DNA of 64,000 nucleotides from a virus. The position numbers and the translations under genes were made by a program. Below are positions 7,841-18,370 of this stretch, piece by piece. How positions within the stretch are numbered: position 1 is the stretch's first letter; the number at the start of each line of letters is the position of its first letter. The DNA lies in the IMG/VR virus record IMGVR_UViG_3300045199_000074, one strand, 5' to 3'. A model generated the notes under the pieces. It did no database searches and was not told the origin of the DNA. It was given only the letters and a program-made list of their open reading frames with translations.

Positions 7841-9007
7841 ATGAAAATCGACATTGCAGACCCTGGCATTCATGTAATTGGTGAACTTTTATCTAGCGGC
7901 GGGTATCAATCTCGTCTCGTTGGAGGTGCTGTTCGCGATATGCTAATGGGTATGAAACCTAAAGATATGGATTTAGCGACCGATGCATTGCCAGAAATCG
8001 TAATGGAATTAGCATCTAGACAGGGTTATCGGGTGATACCAACAGGTCTTCAGCACGGCACTGTGACAATCGTTTATGATGACATCGGTTATGAAGTGAC
8101 CACTCTTCGAAAAGATGTCGACACAGACGGCCGTCATGCAACTGTGGAGTATGTCACCGATTTTGCCGAAGATGCTGCGCGTAGAGACTTCACCATTAAC
8201 GCTATGTCAGCCTCTGTTGATGGCGAAGTTTATGATTATTTTGGTGGTTTGAAGGACCTTGAGGAAGGTCGTGTCCGATTTGTAGGTGATGCACACCAGC
8301 GTATTGAAGAGGATTATCTGCGTATCCTGCGCTTCTTTCGTTTTCGAGCTCGGTTTGGAGGCGAAGAGACCGAACTCGATCTGAAGGCGATCAAAGATAA
8401 TTCCCACGGCCTTTCCGGCATCTCAGTTGAGCGTGTCTGGAGTGAAATTGATAAAATATTACAATATTCAAATGGTACAGACCAGTTGGCGTTAATGGCC
8501 GATTTGGGTGTTGCCCAGGTTGTCGGCCTCCCGATTGACGAAGACAACATCACAATTGCGCGTGATGCAAGGGAGTTTGGCGCTCGTTCATCTGTGATGT
8601 TGGGCATTCTGGCAGGAAATGAAGATTATGCTGGAAGTCTTGCAACGCGCTGGAAGTTGTCCAATTCCGAGATGAAAGATGCAGTCTTGGCGTCTCAAAT
8701 CATTGCTATTTCCGAATACGAACCCCATTACTGGATGACTCAGGCAGTAAACGGTCTTGATCCCACTGTTGCATGTCCTATTCTGTCTGCAATTGGTGCT
8801 CATGAAGCTGCAAAGGCTTTGTCTGGAGATATTCCCGTTTTCCCTCTTAAGGGGCGTGATCTCATTGGTTTAGTCGATAAAGGACCGACGATGGGAGCTG
8901 TTTTACGTGATGCCAACTCAAAGTGGATTGACTCCGGATTTAAGCTTACAAAAGAAGAGCTCATTGCCGATATTGTTAATGTTGGCCCAACTGTTGGTAG
9001 GCTGTAA
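7841..9007 (+). CDS. cca: Class II CCA-adding tRNA nucleotidyltransferase
   Basis: VGGAVRD, DMDLAT, EVTTLR, DGRH loop, RRDFTINAM and EDYLRILRFFRF motifs; start after GAGG. Confidence 0.92.
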   Translation: MKIDIADPGIHVIGELLSSGGYQSRLVGGAVRDMLMGMKPKDMDLATDALPEIVMELASRQGYRVIPTGLQHGTVTIVYDDIGYEVTTLRKDVDTDGRHATVEYVTDFAEDAARRDFTINAMSASVDGEVYDYFGGLKDLEEGRVRFVGDAHQRIEEDYLRILRFFRFRARFGGEETELDLKAIKDNSHGLSGISVERVWSEIDKILQYSNGTDQLALMADLGVAQVVGLPIDEDNITIARDAREFGARSSVMLGILAGNEDYAGSLATRWKLSNSEMKDAVLASQIIAISEYEPHYWMTQAVNGLDPTVACPILSAIGAHEAAKALSGDIPVFPLKGRDLIGLVDKGPTMGAVLRDANSKWIDSGFKLTKEELIADIVNVGPTVGRL

Positions 9008-9291
9008 TGGCGCTTAAACTTAAAAAGCCCAGTTCTAAGCCGAAAGACCAGGATGATGAGCCTTCATTTAATCCACCGAATAATTCATGTGGTATAACTC
9101 CAGCAGTTAAATTGGGGGGTCGTAGGTTCCCGCCACCACCTCTAGGAAGTGGATTCTCTGAATTTTTAGACTGGTCTTCAGATGAGAGCCTTTGTCCAAC
9201 TCCTGAACAGGAGATTTTAGCATTTAATTTATGGATCGGAATTGATATCGAAGATGTTAATCCTGATCCGACATCATCAATAAAAATGTAG
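9007..9291 (+). CDS. Hypothetical protein (Pro-rich, acidic tail ending SSIKM)
   Basis: TAATG overlap with cca. Confidence 0.65.
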   Translation: MALKLKKPSSKPKDQDDEPSFNPPNNSCGITPAVKLGGRRFPPPPLGSGFSEFLDWSSDESLCPTPEQEILAFNLWIGIDIEDVNPDPTSSIKM

Positions 9292-9402
9292 ACGAGAGTG
9301 CGTTTTAAGCAGTTTTTATTTGCGATTTAAAATCTCATTATCTATTGTTGTTTTATAATTAATAATTGCCCCTTTAATTTGGCTTGGGAGATAAAGCCTG
9401 GT

Positions 9403-9930
9403 ATGTCTATTTTAGATATATGGAAAAAATCCGCTTTAATAGATGTTGAAGCTAGCGGTTTAATGCAAGGTTCATTTCCTGTTGAAGTTGGCTGGCTTGT
9501 TGATGACGTTTTTGGTCACATGGTGATAGACCCATCGAAGCATTGGGATACATCAAAATGGGACTCTGATGCGGAGACAATGCATGGTCTTTCTCTGCAT
9601 TGGCTTTCAATGAAGGGTGTTCACCCAGTTCGTGTGGCCTCCCGATTGAACCTTTCTTTTAAAGGCAAAAAAGTATTTTCAGATTCTCCTGATGCTGATT
9701 TGAATTGGCTTAATGAACTTCATCGTGCCGCTAATGTGAAAAGAGAGTATGAAGTTGAAAGTATTGGTAAACTGCTCGGCTATTTAGGAGTTAAGGCTGA
9801 GAAAGCTTATGATATTTTTGACCAGGTTCAAGAAATAATGCCGTCAAGAGGTCGTGCTCTGGTGGGTGTCAGGTATCTAAAAACGGTAGTTGACTGTGCT
9901 ATTCGTGAGGTTGGCGGGAATGAAGTATAA
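9403..9930 (+). CDS. DEDD-family 3'-5' exonuclease-like protein
   Basis: IDVEASG...FPVEVG and ETMHGL motifs; start uncertain (9379 or 9403). Confidence 0.7.
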   Translation: MSILDIWKKSALIDVEASGLMQGSFPVEVGWLVDDVFGHMVIDPSKHWDTSKWDSDAETMHGLSLHWLSMKGVHPVRVASRLNLSFKGKKVFSDSPDADLNWLNELHRAANVKREYEVESIGKLLGYLGVKAEKAYDIFDQVQEIMPSRGRALVGVRYLKTVVDCAIREVGGNEV

Positions 9931-10222
9931 TTTTGTGATAGTTCTGCTGCTTCTCACGTCGTTTTCTTCGGTTAGCTTTGCTCAACATAAAATAACGATT
10001 ACACGTGTAGAATCACTTCGCGCTGCTCCATCGGTTGGTGTTTCTCGCGATTCACTTGAAAACATCCCTGGGACTGTTCTTGCTCCAATAGATTCAAAGC
10101 CAATGCGTCCTATTCCTGAATATGTTTACTCATTCAGGTCTATTGGTAATATTCCGATGCCGTCTCCAAATCCATTACGCGTCGAATTTTGCGAGGTTGA
10201 TATCTATCCGTTTGAAGAATGA
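9920..10222 (+). CDS. Hypothetical secreted protein
   Basis: Signal peptide MKYNFVIVLLLLTSFSSVSFA. Confidence 0.6.
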   Translation: MKYNFVIVLLLLTSFSSVSFAQHKITITRVESLRAAPSVGVSRDSLENIPGTVLAPIDSKPMRPIPEYVYSFRSIGNIPMPSPNPLRVEFCEVDIYPFEE

Positions 10223-10265
10223 TGTGCAGTTAAATACAAATTTTGAAAATTAGGATTAACCGTAA

Positions 10266-10613
10266 ATGTCGCTATCGTATGAAATAATTGGAAATGTTGT
10301 CGTAAAAAATAGAACTAGTGGGCGACAAGACTATGTTTGCCATCTAGGGGATAATATTTCAGTTGGCATCGATCAATCTGATGGCCAGCTTATTGCCCAT
10401 GGAGATATAACTAATGTTGCGAGAATTATTCAGACCGCTGAAAATTATGCTCAAAACGCATCTTCTGATGCTGGTATCAGTGTTGATTTAACTATTGTAA
10501 GCTTTCCTGCAACAGAAGAAACTGTTCTCGCCCTGAACAATGCTGTTAATGGTGTTGAAAACATTGATGCTCTGTTTGATACGGCGTATCGGGACAGCTT
10601 AGCCTTCAGGTGA
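10266..10613 (+). CDS. Hypothetical protein
   Basis: 115-aa ORF in operon orientation. Confidence 0.7.
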   Translation: MSLSYEIIGNVVVKNRTSGRQDYVCHLGDNISVGIDQSDGQLIAHGDITNVARIIQTAENYAQNASSDAGISVDLTIVSFPATEETVLALNNAVNGVENIDALFDTAYRDSLAFR

Positions 10614-10719
10614 TGTGTAGTTATTATTGTAACTTCGCATTTTTATTAATTTAGTCCACTTTTGTTGTTGATTATTTATTTATTATCGATATATTGGCCT
10701 CGAATAATAGGAGCCGATA

Positions 10720-12390
10720 TTGAGATTTTCGTCATCTAACAAGAAAGTCCCTTCATACGTTTATGTAATGATGTTCATTACATTGGCATATCTTACTATT
10801 GAAGTCCCCTTTTCTGTTTACCTTGTAAAATTTATGGGCGGCAATCCTTCAGTATCTGATGTCGATTCAATTGAATTCTTTGGTCGCATTCTGACAGGTT
10901 GCGCTGTTGCAATTTTTGTCGTTGGCACCTGTGTTCTTCCTCGTTTAAATTTCAAGAAATCGTACATCTTGACGGTTTTCTGGATTAGTGTTTCGTCCTT
11001 TATCTCGGTTTTTGGAACATTTCATTCGCTAAACTATATTGCTGATTATCTTGGTACATCCAGTTCTCCGGAAGAGCGACGGATTGCCTTTCAGACAAAC
11101 GTTGTTAAGCGTCAGATCTCTGCGCACGGCCTTGGTGGTATGGAAATATCTAATTCAAATGACTGGTTGGCTTTTGTTTCTGCAATCCCAACCCTGGGTG
11201 CAACTTCTGATGAATTGTTTGCGATGTCCAATGTTTCCAAAAGCGAAATGATTAATGATGAATCTTACCGTGCTCTGGGTGATCTTGTAGCTGCTCGTAA
11301 ATTCTTTTCTGTAGAACGCCTTTCGGCTACTCGAATAATATATGATGAGTATCAGATAGCTGTTGGTCGTTATCATGAAGCTCTTAAGGATTTAGATCGT
11401 GAGGCAAATCGTGCTTATAATACGTTTGAAGATCAGGCTCGCGTGAAATCTAACGGTCTTTGGTACTGGTACAACAAGAAGAAGAAGGCTGAAGTCGCTC
11501 GTACTGAGTTGCGCAAGCATGGTCTGGTGTTTTCGAGCAGGGAAAACCCTTTGGATCGTGACGTTTTTGGATATGTATTTGGTAAAAAGTATAAGGGAAA
11601 GGTTCTTGATACTTTTAGTAAGGGTATGATCGAAGCATTTGGTTCTAATTTGTCTCCAGACCTTGCGTTTGATGAGTTTTCAAATCATCCAGCCGTTCAT
11701 AAGAAGATACGCGCAGTTCTTCATCTGCCTAAATCTGATGTCTCATTGGATGGGGCAATGTCTGACGTAGATTTTAATCGCTTGGTTTATATACCTCTTG
11801 CAAAGAAGAATGCAGAGTTATTTTCGCGCGCCTTTGATGCTCCCGCCTCCAAGTTTGCCAACGGTGAAGAATTTGAAAAACTTGGGACCAGCGCTGTAAA
11901 AATGATACGAGTTCCAGTTATGGCCATCTTGCTCTCGATAGCAGGCGCGATGTTGCACATATATAAGTTCTCGACTTATCTCATACAGGTCTTGGCTGGC
12001 CGTGCGAAGCTTCATTTCATAAACACTGGCGTTCGTCATGCCTTTGGTTTCTCGATAATGATGGTTGCCTTCATAGGCATGGGCCTATCTGGCAACGTCG
12101 TCACCTCGAATATCGCATTTGCTCAGATTAAGAGTGATGGTCCTGTTGCTCACCTGATGCACGGCGCAATAGCAATACAGCCTGAATTTTCTAAGCTTGG
12201 TCGTGGTTTTGGTTCGATAGGACCGTGGAACCTTATAGTATCCCATTTGCCTGCCCCTGTCCTTTATAAGGACGCCAAGATTGCTAAGGGCGCAATCGCT
12301 CCTGTTTCAGAACTAGCTGTCTATGCTGAGGACGTAACACTAGAGAACATACCAGTTCCGACCCCGCGCCCAGAACGCGTGTCAAATTGA
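10720..12390 (+). CDS. Hypothetical multi-pass membrane protein with a large soluble domain
   Basis: AGGAG RBS before TTG; N- and C-terminal TM segments; ends with the alphaproteobacterial-type IPVPTPRP motif. Confidence 0.75.
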   Translation: MRFSSSNKKVPSYVYVMMFITLAYLTIEVPFSVYLVKFMGGNPSVSDVDSIEFFGRILTGCAVAIFVVGTCVLPRLNFKKSYILTVFWISVSSFISVFGTFHSLNYIADYLGTSSSPEERRIAFQTNVVKRQISAHGLGGMEISNSNDWLAFVSAIPTLGATSDELFAMSNVSKSEMINDESYRALGDLVAARKFFSVERLSATRIIYDEYQIAVGRYHEALKDLDREANRAYNTFEDQARVKSNGLWYWYNKKKKAEVARTELRKHGLVFSSRENPLDRDVFGYVFGKKYKGKVLDTFSKGMIEAFGSNLSPDLAFDEFSNHPAVHKKIRAVLHLPKSDVSLDGAMSDVDFNRLVYIPLAKKNAELFSRAFDAPASKFANGEEFEKLGTSAVKMIRVPVMAILLSIAGAMLHIYKFSTYLIQVLAGRAKLHFINTGVRHAFGFSIMMVAFIGMGLSGNVVTSNIAFAQIKSDGPVAHLMHGAIAIQPEFSKLGRGFGSIGPWNLIVSHLPAPVLYKDAKIAKGAIAPVSELAVYAEDVTLENIPVPTPRPERVSN

Positions 12391-12547
12391 TCGTCTAATC
12401 CCGAATTCTGGATAATCGACGATGACGTCATCTGCTACTTCAAGTCCGTTATCGATAGCGTGTTGTATCGCTATCTTGTGAGCTTTCGTTAGGTGTGCTC
12501 GACCCGCTCTTGTCTGAAATCAAGCTTTTTAGATAAATGAATTTTTA

Positions 12548-13015
12548 TCATGTTCCGAGTTTACGTGCATATGCGGAGTTTTGCATGTCCTCGTCTGTGT
12601 GAAATGAAAACGCTTCCGGTCTGGCCAAGTGCGGCATCATTCTGTGAAATAACGTAACCAAGCGTTCCACCAGCGCCTCATCGCGATAGGCCAATTCAAG
12701 ATCATGATCTTGAAACTTCCGGTATCCCACGCATTTCCACGGCGCTTCGAGGCAATTGAAGCGCGCGATAAATGCCGCAGGCGGCATCGGACCATCGTAA
12801 TCCCAAAGTTTTCCATCCAGAAGGACGACAGCATGGCCAACTTCATCGTTCTCGTTTACAAGACCGAATAATTCTCCGCCAATGACTGACTTTAGGGCCT
12901 GAGCAACGATAACGCAGCCACCATCGAATGGTCCACAATCAATGGTGGCCTGCAAATCGGAGTGAAATTCTTCGTCGATCAGTTTACGCTGCATGTTCCA
13001 ACTGCGAAAATTCAT
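12548..13015 (-). CDS. Hypothetical protein with a putative Cys-His-Asp triad
   Basis: GGCVIVAQAL...HAVV...WDYDG. Confidence 0.7.
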   Translation of the reverse strand: MNFRSWNMQRKLIDEEFHSDLQATIDCGPFDGGCVIVAQALKSVIGGELFGLVNENDEVGHAVVLLDGKLWDYDGPMPPAAFIARFNCLEAPWKCVGYRKFQDHDLELAYRDEALVERLVTLFHRMMPHLARPEAFSFHTDEDMQNSAYARKLGT

Positions 13016-13052
13016 CTGAACCTGCCTCTCAGTCTATCACCGTCGCTTTCAA

Positions 13053-15419
13053 TTAAAGTGAAGGGCCAGATCTGACCAAGTCATGATCCAAATGTGCTTC
13101 GTAAGCCTTACGAAGGGCAATAATATCGGCTTTCAAGGTGTCGTTGCTCTGCGTCAGACACCAATCACGGAAGCTATGAGCAAGCTCGATCTCAGCGTCA
13201 TCAGGTTGGCCTCCATCTGGTTTGCGTGTATGCGACCATGTGAATTCATTACCCTTTTCTCGTGATGCAACGATACGATCTTTCACGCTGCGCATCTGCT
13301 TCCAGAACGCATAAAATGGCAGCTTGACCTTGGTCATGTAGCCAACAGCATCTTCGATCACCAAGCCTTCCACATGCTCACCGCCAACGCGGTAGTTCAT
13401 GTCAGTAGTCGCCTTCTTGTGCCAGCCAGCGAACGAAGCAGCATTCTGGAATGTCATCGCTAGCTTCTTCGTTTCGAGACCAAACTTTCGGCCAACAGCC
13501 TCGACCACGCTGAAACCTGCCTTCTCAAAACTTTCCGAACGACGAATAATATCGAGCAAAACTATTTTTGGTTTATCGTACTCGATCATGTGAGGGTCAT
13601 TGAGCGGATCAATCACTTCCCACGTCATCGAAGATTCTGTATCACGAAGATAGCGACGGATTTTCTCCAACTGAACGGCGCTCAGCTGGTTAATTGCAAT
13701 ATTCTTGAAAATATCAGCGAAATCACCATCTGGCGTGGATTTTGAAGCGATAAACAAGCTGTCTGTCTTTTCATCGTAACCCATATTTCCAAGGAAACCG
13801 TTATATTTCACGTAAAGTTTGATCGGGAATTGCATGTTTTTGGCAAGGTTTGCTATTTCAGTTTCTTCCCGTTCGCCCACATTGAAAAATTTATCGTATC
13901 CACGAGAAACTATTTTGCTCGTTTTCCGTTCAAGAAAAAGCCCGCGCGCCTTCACAACAACATCATCCCAAGAACGGTCAAAAAACACCTTCTTGGTGAA
14001 ATTAAGCGAATATACATGCGGGAATCGTTCGCTCGACTTTTCTCGAACGCCTTCATGTTCATGCATAGACTTCAGGAGACTTGAATCCATCTCTGTCGAT
14101 TTTCCGTCAGGATTGATAATCCAATGGGGCAGCATTTTACGTTGAGCCTTTCTAACTTCTGTAATCCTGGTTTCGAGAGCCAGTCGCTCCTTGAGTGGTC
14201 GATAGACATGGTTCTTGAATGCTTTGGTGTTCCAACCATTGCCATCGAGAATGCAAATTCGCAGATTGCCGCCGTGTTCGACTGAGTCTTCGAGATTGAA
14301 CGAGTGTTCGGTGGCCGCAATATCAACATTGCCGTGATTGCGGTGTCCGTGAACCTGGAAACCTCGCTTGCTGTTGCGCTCGAACTGCTCATCAATCGGG
14401 TCTTCCCAGTGGCCTGTGCCATGGGAATATTGATTCAGAGAAATCAGGTGAGGCTTATCGGGGAATGTGCTTAATCCTGCGTGGGTAACGAGAACCTCAG
14501 CGCCCTTGAAGCTGTACTGGAGAAATTCCTTAGCCTTCTGACATACGGCTTCAGCATCAGCAGGAGTTATGCCTGCTTCGATAAGCTGCGGAAGCGTTCT
14601 GAGGGCGAACTCTCCACTTTTTGCATCTTCACCACGCGCCCAACGGTCGAGATGATCTTCATGATTGCCCCATAGAAGGGTGACGTTCTCCCTGTGAAGA
14701 GCATTGTCGACGAACCAGCGCATCACTTTGCCGTTTTCGATGCCTCGATCAAGCAGGTCTCCCACAAAGACGTACTTGTAGTCGTCATCAAAACCATTCG
14801 CGAGTGGCCCGCCTTCTCCCGCCAATACGGTGAAGCAACCTTGCAGGTCTCCAATGTGAATTACGCCCTTATAGCGGTCGCTAAAGTCATGAACGGGCTC
14901 ACGTAGCCACGCATCCAGTTCACTTATGTGACTACCGTCTTCCTTGCCGTTAATAATTGTAATGCCATCGACATCGTCTCTTATGCCAGCTTCGATGAGC
15001 TGTGCATGCATTTCTCTAACTCTGAACTCAGAAACCCGGTTAACTTCCTGGCGTTCACTGTTTCGTTTCAACGCCAATTCTACTGGAATTGAAGACATAT
15101 CAAGAACAGCGATTTCATACCGATGTGGTTTTGCCATATCAGCTAAACGCTTCAAGTTTGAACGTTCTATGAGCGTCGTGTCTATTGCTAGTGTCTCCCC
15201 TCTAGACATCCGCTCCGATGCGAATTGATTAAGCATCGCGAAAGCTCTCTCATTGACATCCTGATTAACGATCATTTGCCCTTCGCTTGTCAGGAATGGT
15301 GCCGCGATTGTCGATCTGATATTGTCGGCGGACAGCGTCCATTGCTCTATCCCTATTGCCTTGAGAGCGTGTGACTTTCCAGATCCAGGTTGGCCGCGCG
15401 TGATTATTAATTTTCTCAT
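13053..15419 (-). CDS. Trifunctional RNA repair enzyme: polynucleotide kinase + metallophosphoesterase + Rnl1-type RNA ligase
   Basis: P-loop GQPGSGKS; GDLQG, GDLLDRG, GNHE; ligase motifs KFFN, KYNG, EGLV and KVK. Confidence 0.88.
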   Translation of the reverse strand: MRKLIITRGQPGSGKSHALKAIGIEQWTLSADNIRSTIAAPFLTSEGQMIVNQDVNERAFAMLNQFASERMSRGETLAIDTTLIERSNLKRLADMAKPHRYEIAVLDMSSIPVELALKRNSERQEVNRVSEFRVREMHAQLIEAGIRDDVDGITIINGKEDGSHISELDAWLREPVHDFSDRYKGVIHIGDLQGCFTVLAGEGGPLANGFDDDYKYVFVGDLLDRGIENGKVMRWFVDNALHRENVTLLWGNHEDHLDRWARGEDAKSGEFALRTLPQLIEAGITPADAEAVCQKAKEFLQYSFKGAEVLVTHAGLSTFPDKPHLISLNQYSHGTGHWEDPIDEQFERNSKRGFQVHGHRNHGNVDIAATEHSFNLEDSVEHGGNLRICILDGNGWNTKAFKNHVYRPLKERLALETRITEVRKAQRKMLPHWIINPDGKSTEMDSSLLKSMHEHEGVREKSSERFPHVYSLNFTKKVFFDRSWDDVVVKARGLFLERKTSKIVSRGYDKFFNVGEREETEIANLAKNMQFPIKLYVKYNGFLGNMGYDEKTDSLFIASKSTPDGDFADIFKNIAINQLSAVQLEKIRRYLRDTESSMTWEVIDPLNDPHMIEYDKPKIVLLDIIRRSESFEKAGFSVVEAVGRKFGLETKKLAMTFQNAASFAGWHKKATTDMNYRVGGEHVEGLVIEDAVGYMTKVKLPFYAFWKQMRSVKDRIVASREKGNEFTWSHTRKPDGGQPDDAEIELAHSFRDWCLTQSNDTLKADIIALRKAYEAHLDHDLVRSGPSL

Positions 15420-15568
15420 TTTTCTTTTCTATATTTATTCCGTTTTCGTGATAATAATTATAGATATCTTTGCAAGAGCCAAGCCCAAATAAGTTGACAT
15501 TTTTATTTTTTAATAGAATTATTGCTTAATTAAAGCGAGCCTCGTTTTTCGTGTCGGGAGTTTATTGA

Positions 15569-16396
15569 ATGAGCAGAGTGGATGACGTCCTTGGTGATGA
15601 GATCAAGGCACATGAAAAATTGAATTCGGATCGTGCGGCAAATATCGGTGATCCTGTAGTGATACGTGTTGACGGCGCTTCATTTTCCAAGTTTACGCGC
15701 AATGCATCAAAACCATTTGATGAACGCATTTCTGCTGCAATGGTTCACGCAACAAAATCTACTGTTGATGAATTTAATTGCCGTTTAGGCTATACGCAGT
15801 CTGATGAAATCAGTTTTTTGCTTTATAGCTCTGATCAGGAACTCCCTTTAAGTGGTCGTTATGAAAAATTGGCAAGCCGTTTTGCGGCACACGTAACTGC
15901 TCATTTCTTGAAAAAGGGTCTTGAGTTATTTCCTGAGCTAATTGGAGAAAGGCTTCCTTCTTTTGACGGCCGTGCAATGTCTTTTCCAACATTAGATTTG
16001 GCCGCCAAAGCAATCCTATGGCGTGAACTTGATGCTCGGAGAAATGCCGTCAGCATGGCTGCGCGTTCTGTCTTTTCGCCAAATGAACTTAGTGGGCGAT
16101 CATCATGGGAACAGCGAAAAATGATGTCTGCACGCGGTCTGGAATTCGACGACTTTCCAGAAACTTTCAGGCGCGGCGCTTTTGTTCGGCGGGTGAAGGT
16201 AGTGAGAGAATTGACGGTAGAGGAGCTGTCTCGGATTCCTGAAAAACACCGACCAAATGGGCCAGTTGAACGCTCAAGTATCGAGCAGGTTACTATGCCT
16301 AATTTGTCTCTTGTTGATAATCTTGCCGATGTCCTTGTTTTCAATGCTGATCCTATCGTCGCGGAACGCAAGTTTGCATTAGCCGTTACGGGGTAA
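15569..16396 (+). CDS. Thg1-like 3'-5' RNA polymerase (tRNA-His guanylyltransferase family)
   Basis: RVDGASFSKFT, YTQSDEISF, FDGR and WRELDARRN motifs. Confidence 0.9.
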   Translation: MSRVDDVLGDEIKAHEKLNSDRAANIGDPVVIRVDGASFSKFTRNASKPFDERISAAMVHATKSTVDEFNCRLGYTQSDEISFLLYSSDQELPLSGRYEKLASRFAAHVTAHFLKKGLELFPELIGERLPSFDGRAMSFPTLDLAAKAILWRELDARRNAVSMAARSVFSPNELSGRSSWEQRKMMSARGLEFDDFPETFRRGAFVRRVKVVRELTVEELSRIPEKHRPNGPVERSSIEQVTMPNLSLVDNLADVLVFNADPIVAERKFALAVTG

Positions 16397-16399
16397 ATT

Positions 16400-18367
16400 A
16401 TGAGTATTGAAAACATTCTGCAGGGACTTAACAGGGAACAACGACAGGCAGCAGAAGCCGTGGATGGGGCATATCTCGTTGTCGCTGGGGCTGGCTCTGG
16501 AAAGACAACCGTTTTGTCGCGACGCGTTGCAGCGCTTGTTGAGGCTGGTATTAATCCGTCTTCCATACTGCTTCTGACATTCACACGGTTTGCCGCAAAA
16601 AACATGCTGGATCGCGCGAAGCGAATTACTCCTGCAGCCGCAGATGTTGTTGGTGGTACTTACCACTCGATTGCTCACAGACTTGTCCTTGAGAACCATC
16701 GTATGTTTCGTCTGCCAGAAAAACCGACATTTCTCGATCCTGATGATGTGACGTCTGCATTTAAGAAGATTGCACTTTCTCTTGGTGGCAAAGACGAAAA
16801 CATGCCGAAGGGGTCTGCCCTCGCCAAAGCGCATTCGTTCTCGGTTAACACAAAACGTTCGCTTGAAGATGTTGTTCACGACCGCTTTCATGAATTTTCC
16901 TATGCTGTCGATTTTTTTCAGAAATGTGCGGAAGAGTACAAGACCTATAAACGCACGCGTGGACTGCTCGATTATGATGATTTGTTGGTTGCTTGGGACA
17001 ACATGATGGATCACCCCGTAATAGGTGCGGCCGTTCGTGATCGTTTTAAGTATGTATTGGTCGATGAAGATCAGGATTCAAATGCCATCCAATGTTCAAT
17101 CGTAGCGAAGCTCGGTGGAGACAATCCTAACGTGATGGTTGTTGGTGACCCTGCGCAGTCTATCTATGCCTTTCGCGGCGCAGCTCCACGTACTATGTTC
17201 GAGTTTATAGAGCGATGGCCGCATGCAACGACAATTAAGTTAAATACAAATTATCGTTCAACAGAAGAAATCCTCACTATTGCTAATTCTGTCGACCGCG
17301 ATATGCGTGAACGCTTTGATCGTGAATTGCTTCCAGCTCCTGGTTCTGTTGGTGAAACACCCATTATGACACAGGTTGTCGATTATGAGGCAGAGGCCAA
17401 ATATATAGCTGACAAAATCTTGGATCGTAAGGATGATGGCGTTGATCTCGAAGAGCAGGCCATTCTAGTCCGCTCAATGAATACGGCCAGACATATTGAG
17501 GCTGAGTTGGTTCGACGTCGTATTCCATATAAGGTCTCTGGCGGCATTAAGATTAATGATGCGGCTCATATTAAAGACATGCTTTGCATGGCTCGTTGTG
17601 CAGCCAATCCATTGGACGAACCTGCCTGGCTTCGAGTGCTAACCATGGCCCGCACAGTCGGCGAGAAAAAGGCATCTCAGGTTTACACCAAGATCGCTGA
17701 CGCAGTTTCGGAGTCGTTCCTTGGTGATCCGTGCGAAATCATTGTGGATATGTGTAAGAAAAGTCCTGATGCAGGCCCTATTTCGGATGCGTATCGAATT
17801 TTGGCAGCTGGAGGCCCGCCTGTCGAAATACTTGAACGCGCTATGACTGTCGTTGAAGATATTTTTAAGCGTCGTTATGACGACTGGAGCGCTCGCAAAA
17901 GTGACATCAGCGCTGTAATTGGCCTCGCCGAAGGTCAGGAGAGCCTCGATAGCTTCCTTTCGACAATGTCTCTTGATTATTCGATTGATAAAAAACGTGA
18001 AATTACAGGGGAGATGCAGGAAGAAAACCCTGTAACGATTTCCACTGTTCATTCCGCGAAGGGACTTGAGTGGGATGTTGTATATATTCCTTCTTTTATC
18101 CAGGGGCATCTTCCATCTGCATATGCTAATAGTTATGAGCAGATTGAGGAGGAAAAGCGGGTGCTATATGTCGCTGTAACGCGTCCGAGAAAATTCCTGG
18201 AAATCACGAAGCCAACTACTGGCTATAAAGGTGTGTTCCTTCAGCAATCGAATTTCGAATACATGATTGCGCCTTTTTGCGAGCATCAAAAAATTGGTGT
18301 GACTAATAGAAATTCTCAGTCGTTCGCTTTTGGTTTCGAAGACGATTATGTCGATATTTTCGGGTGA
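16400..18367 (+). CDS. UvrD/PcrA-family SF1 helicase
   Basis: AGAGSGKT, VDEDQD, GDPAQSIYAFRG, NYRST, TVHSAKGLE and LYVAVTR motifs. Confidence 0.92.
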   Translation: MSIENILQGLNREQRQAAEAVDGAYLVVAGAGSGKTTVLSRRVAALVEAGINPSSILLLTFTRFAAKNMLDRAKRITPAAADVVGGTYHSIAHRLVLENHRMFRLPEKPTFLDPDDVTSAFKKIALSLGGKDENMPKGSALAKAHSFSVNTKRSLEDVVHDRFHEFSYAVDFFQKCAEEYKTYKRTRGLLDYDDLLVAWDNMMDHPVIGAAVRDRFKYVLVDEDQDSNAIQCSIVAKLGGDNPNVMVVGDPAQSIYAFRGAAPRTMFEFIERWPHATTIKLNTNYRSTEEILTIANSVDRDMRERFDRELLPAPGSVGETPIMTQVVDYEAEAKYIADKILDRKDDGVDLEEQAILVRSMNTARHIEAELVRRRIPYKVSGGIKINDAAHIKDMLCMARCAANPLDEPAWLRVLTMARTVGEKKASQVYTKIADAVSESFLGDPCEIIVDMCKKSPDAGPISDAYRILAAGGPPVEILERAMTVVEDIFKRRYDDWSARKSDISAVIGLAEGQESLDSFLSTMSLDYSIDKKREITGEMQEENPVTISTVHSAKGLEWDVVYIPSFIQGHLPSAYANSYEQIEEEKRVLYVAVTRPRKFLEITKPTTGYKGVFLQQSNFEYMIAPFCEHQKIGVTNRNSQSFAFGFEDDYVDIFG

Positions 18368-18370
18368 ACA

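Noticed and set aside
15901-17014. Long minus-strand ORFs of 234 and 211 aa, and similar antisense ORFs elsewhere
   Set aside because: Shadow frames opposite well-supported genes (Thg1-like, UvrD-like)
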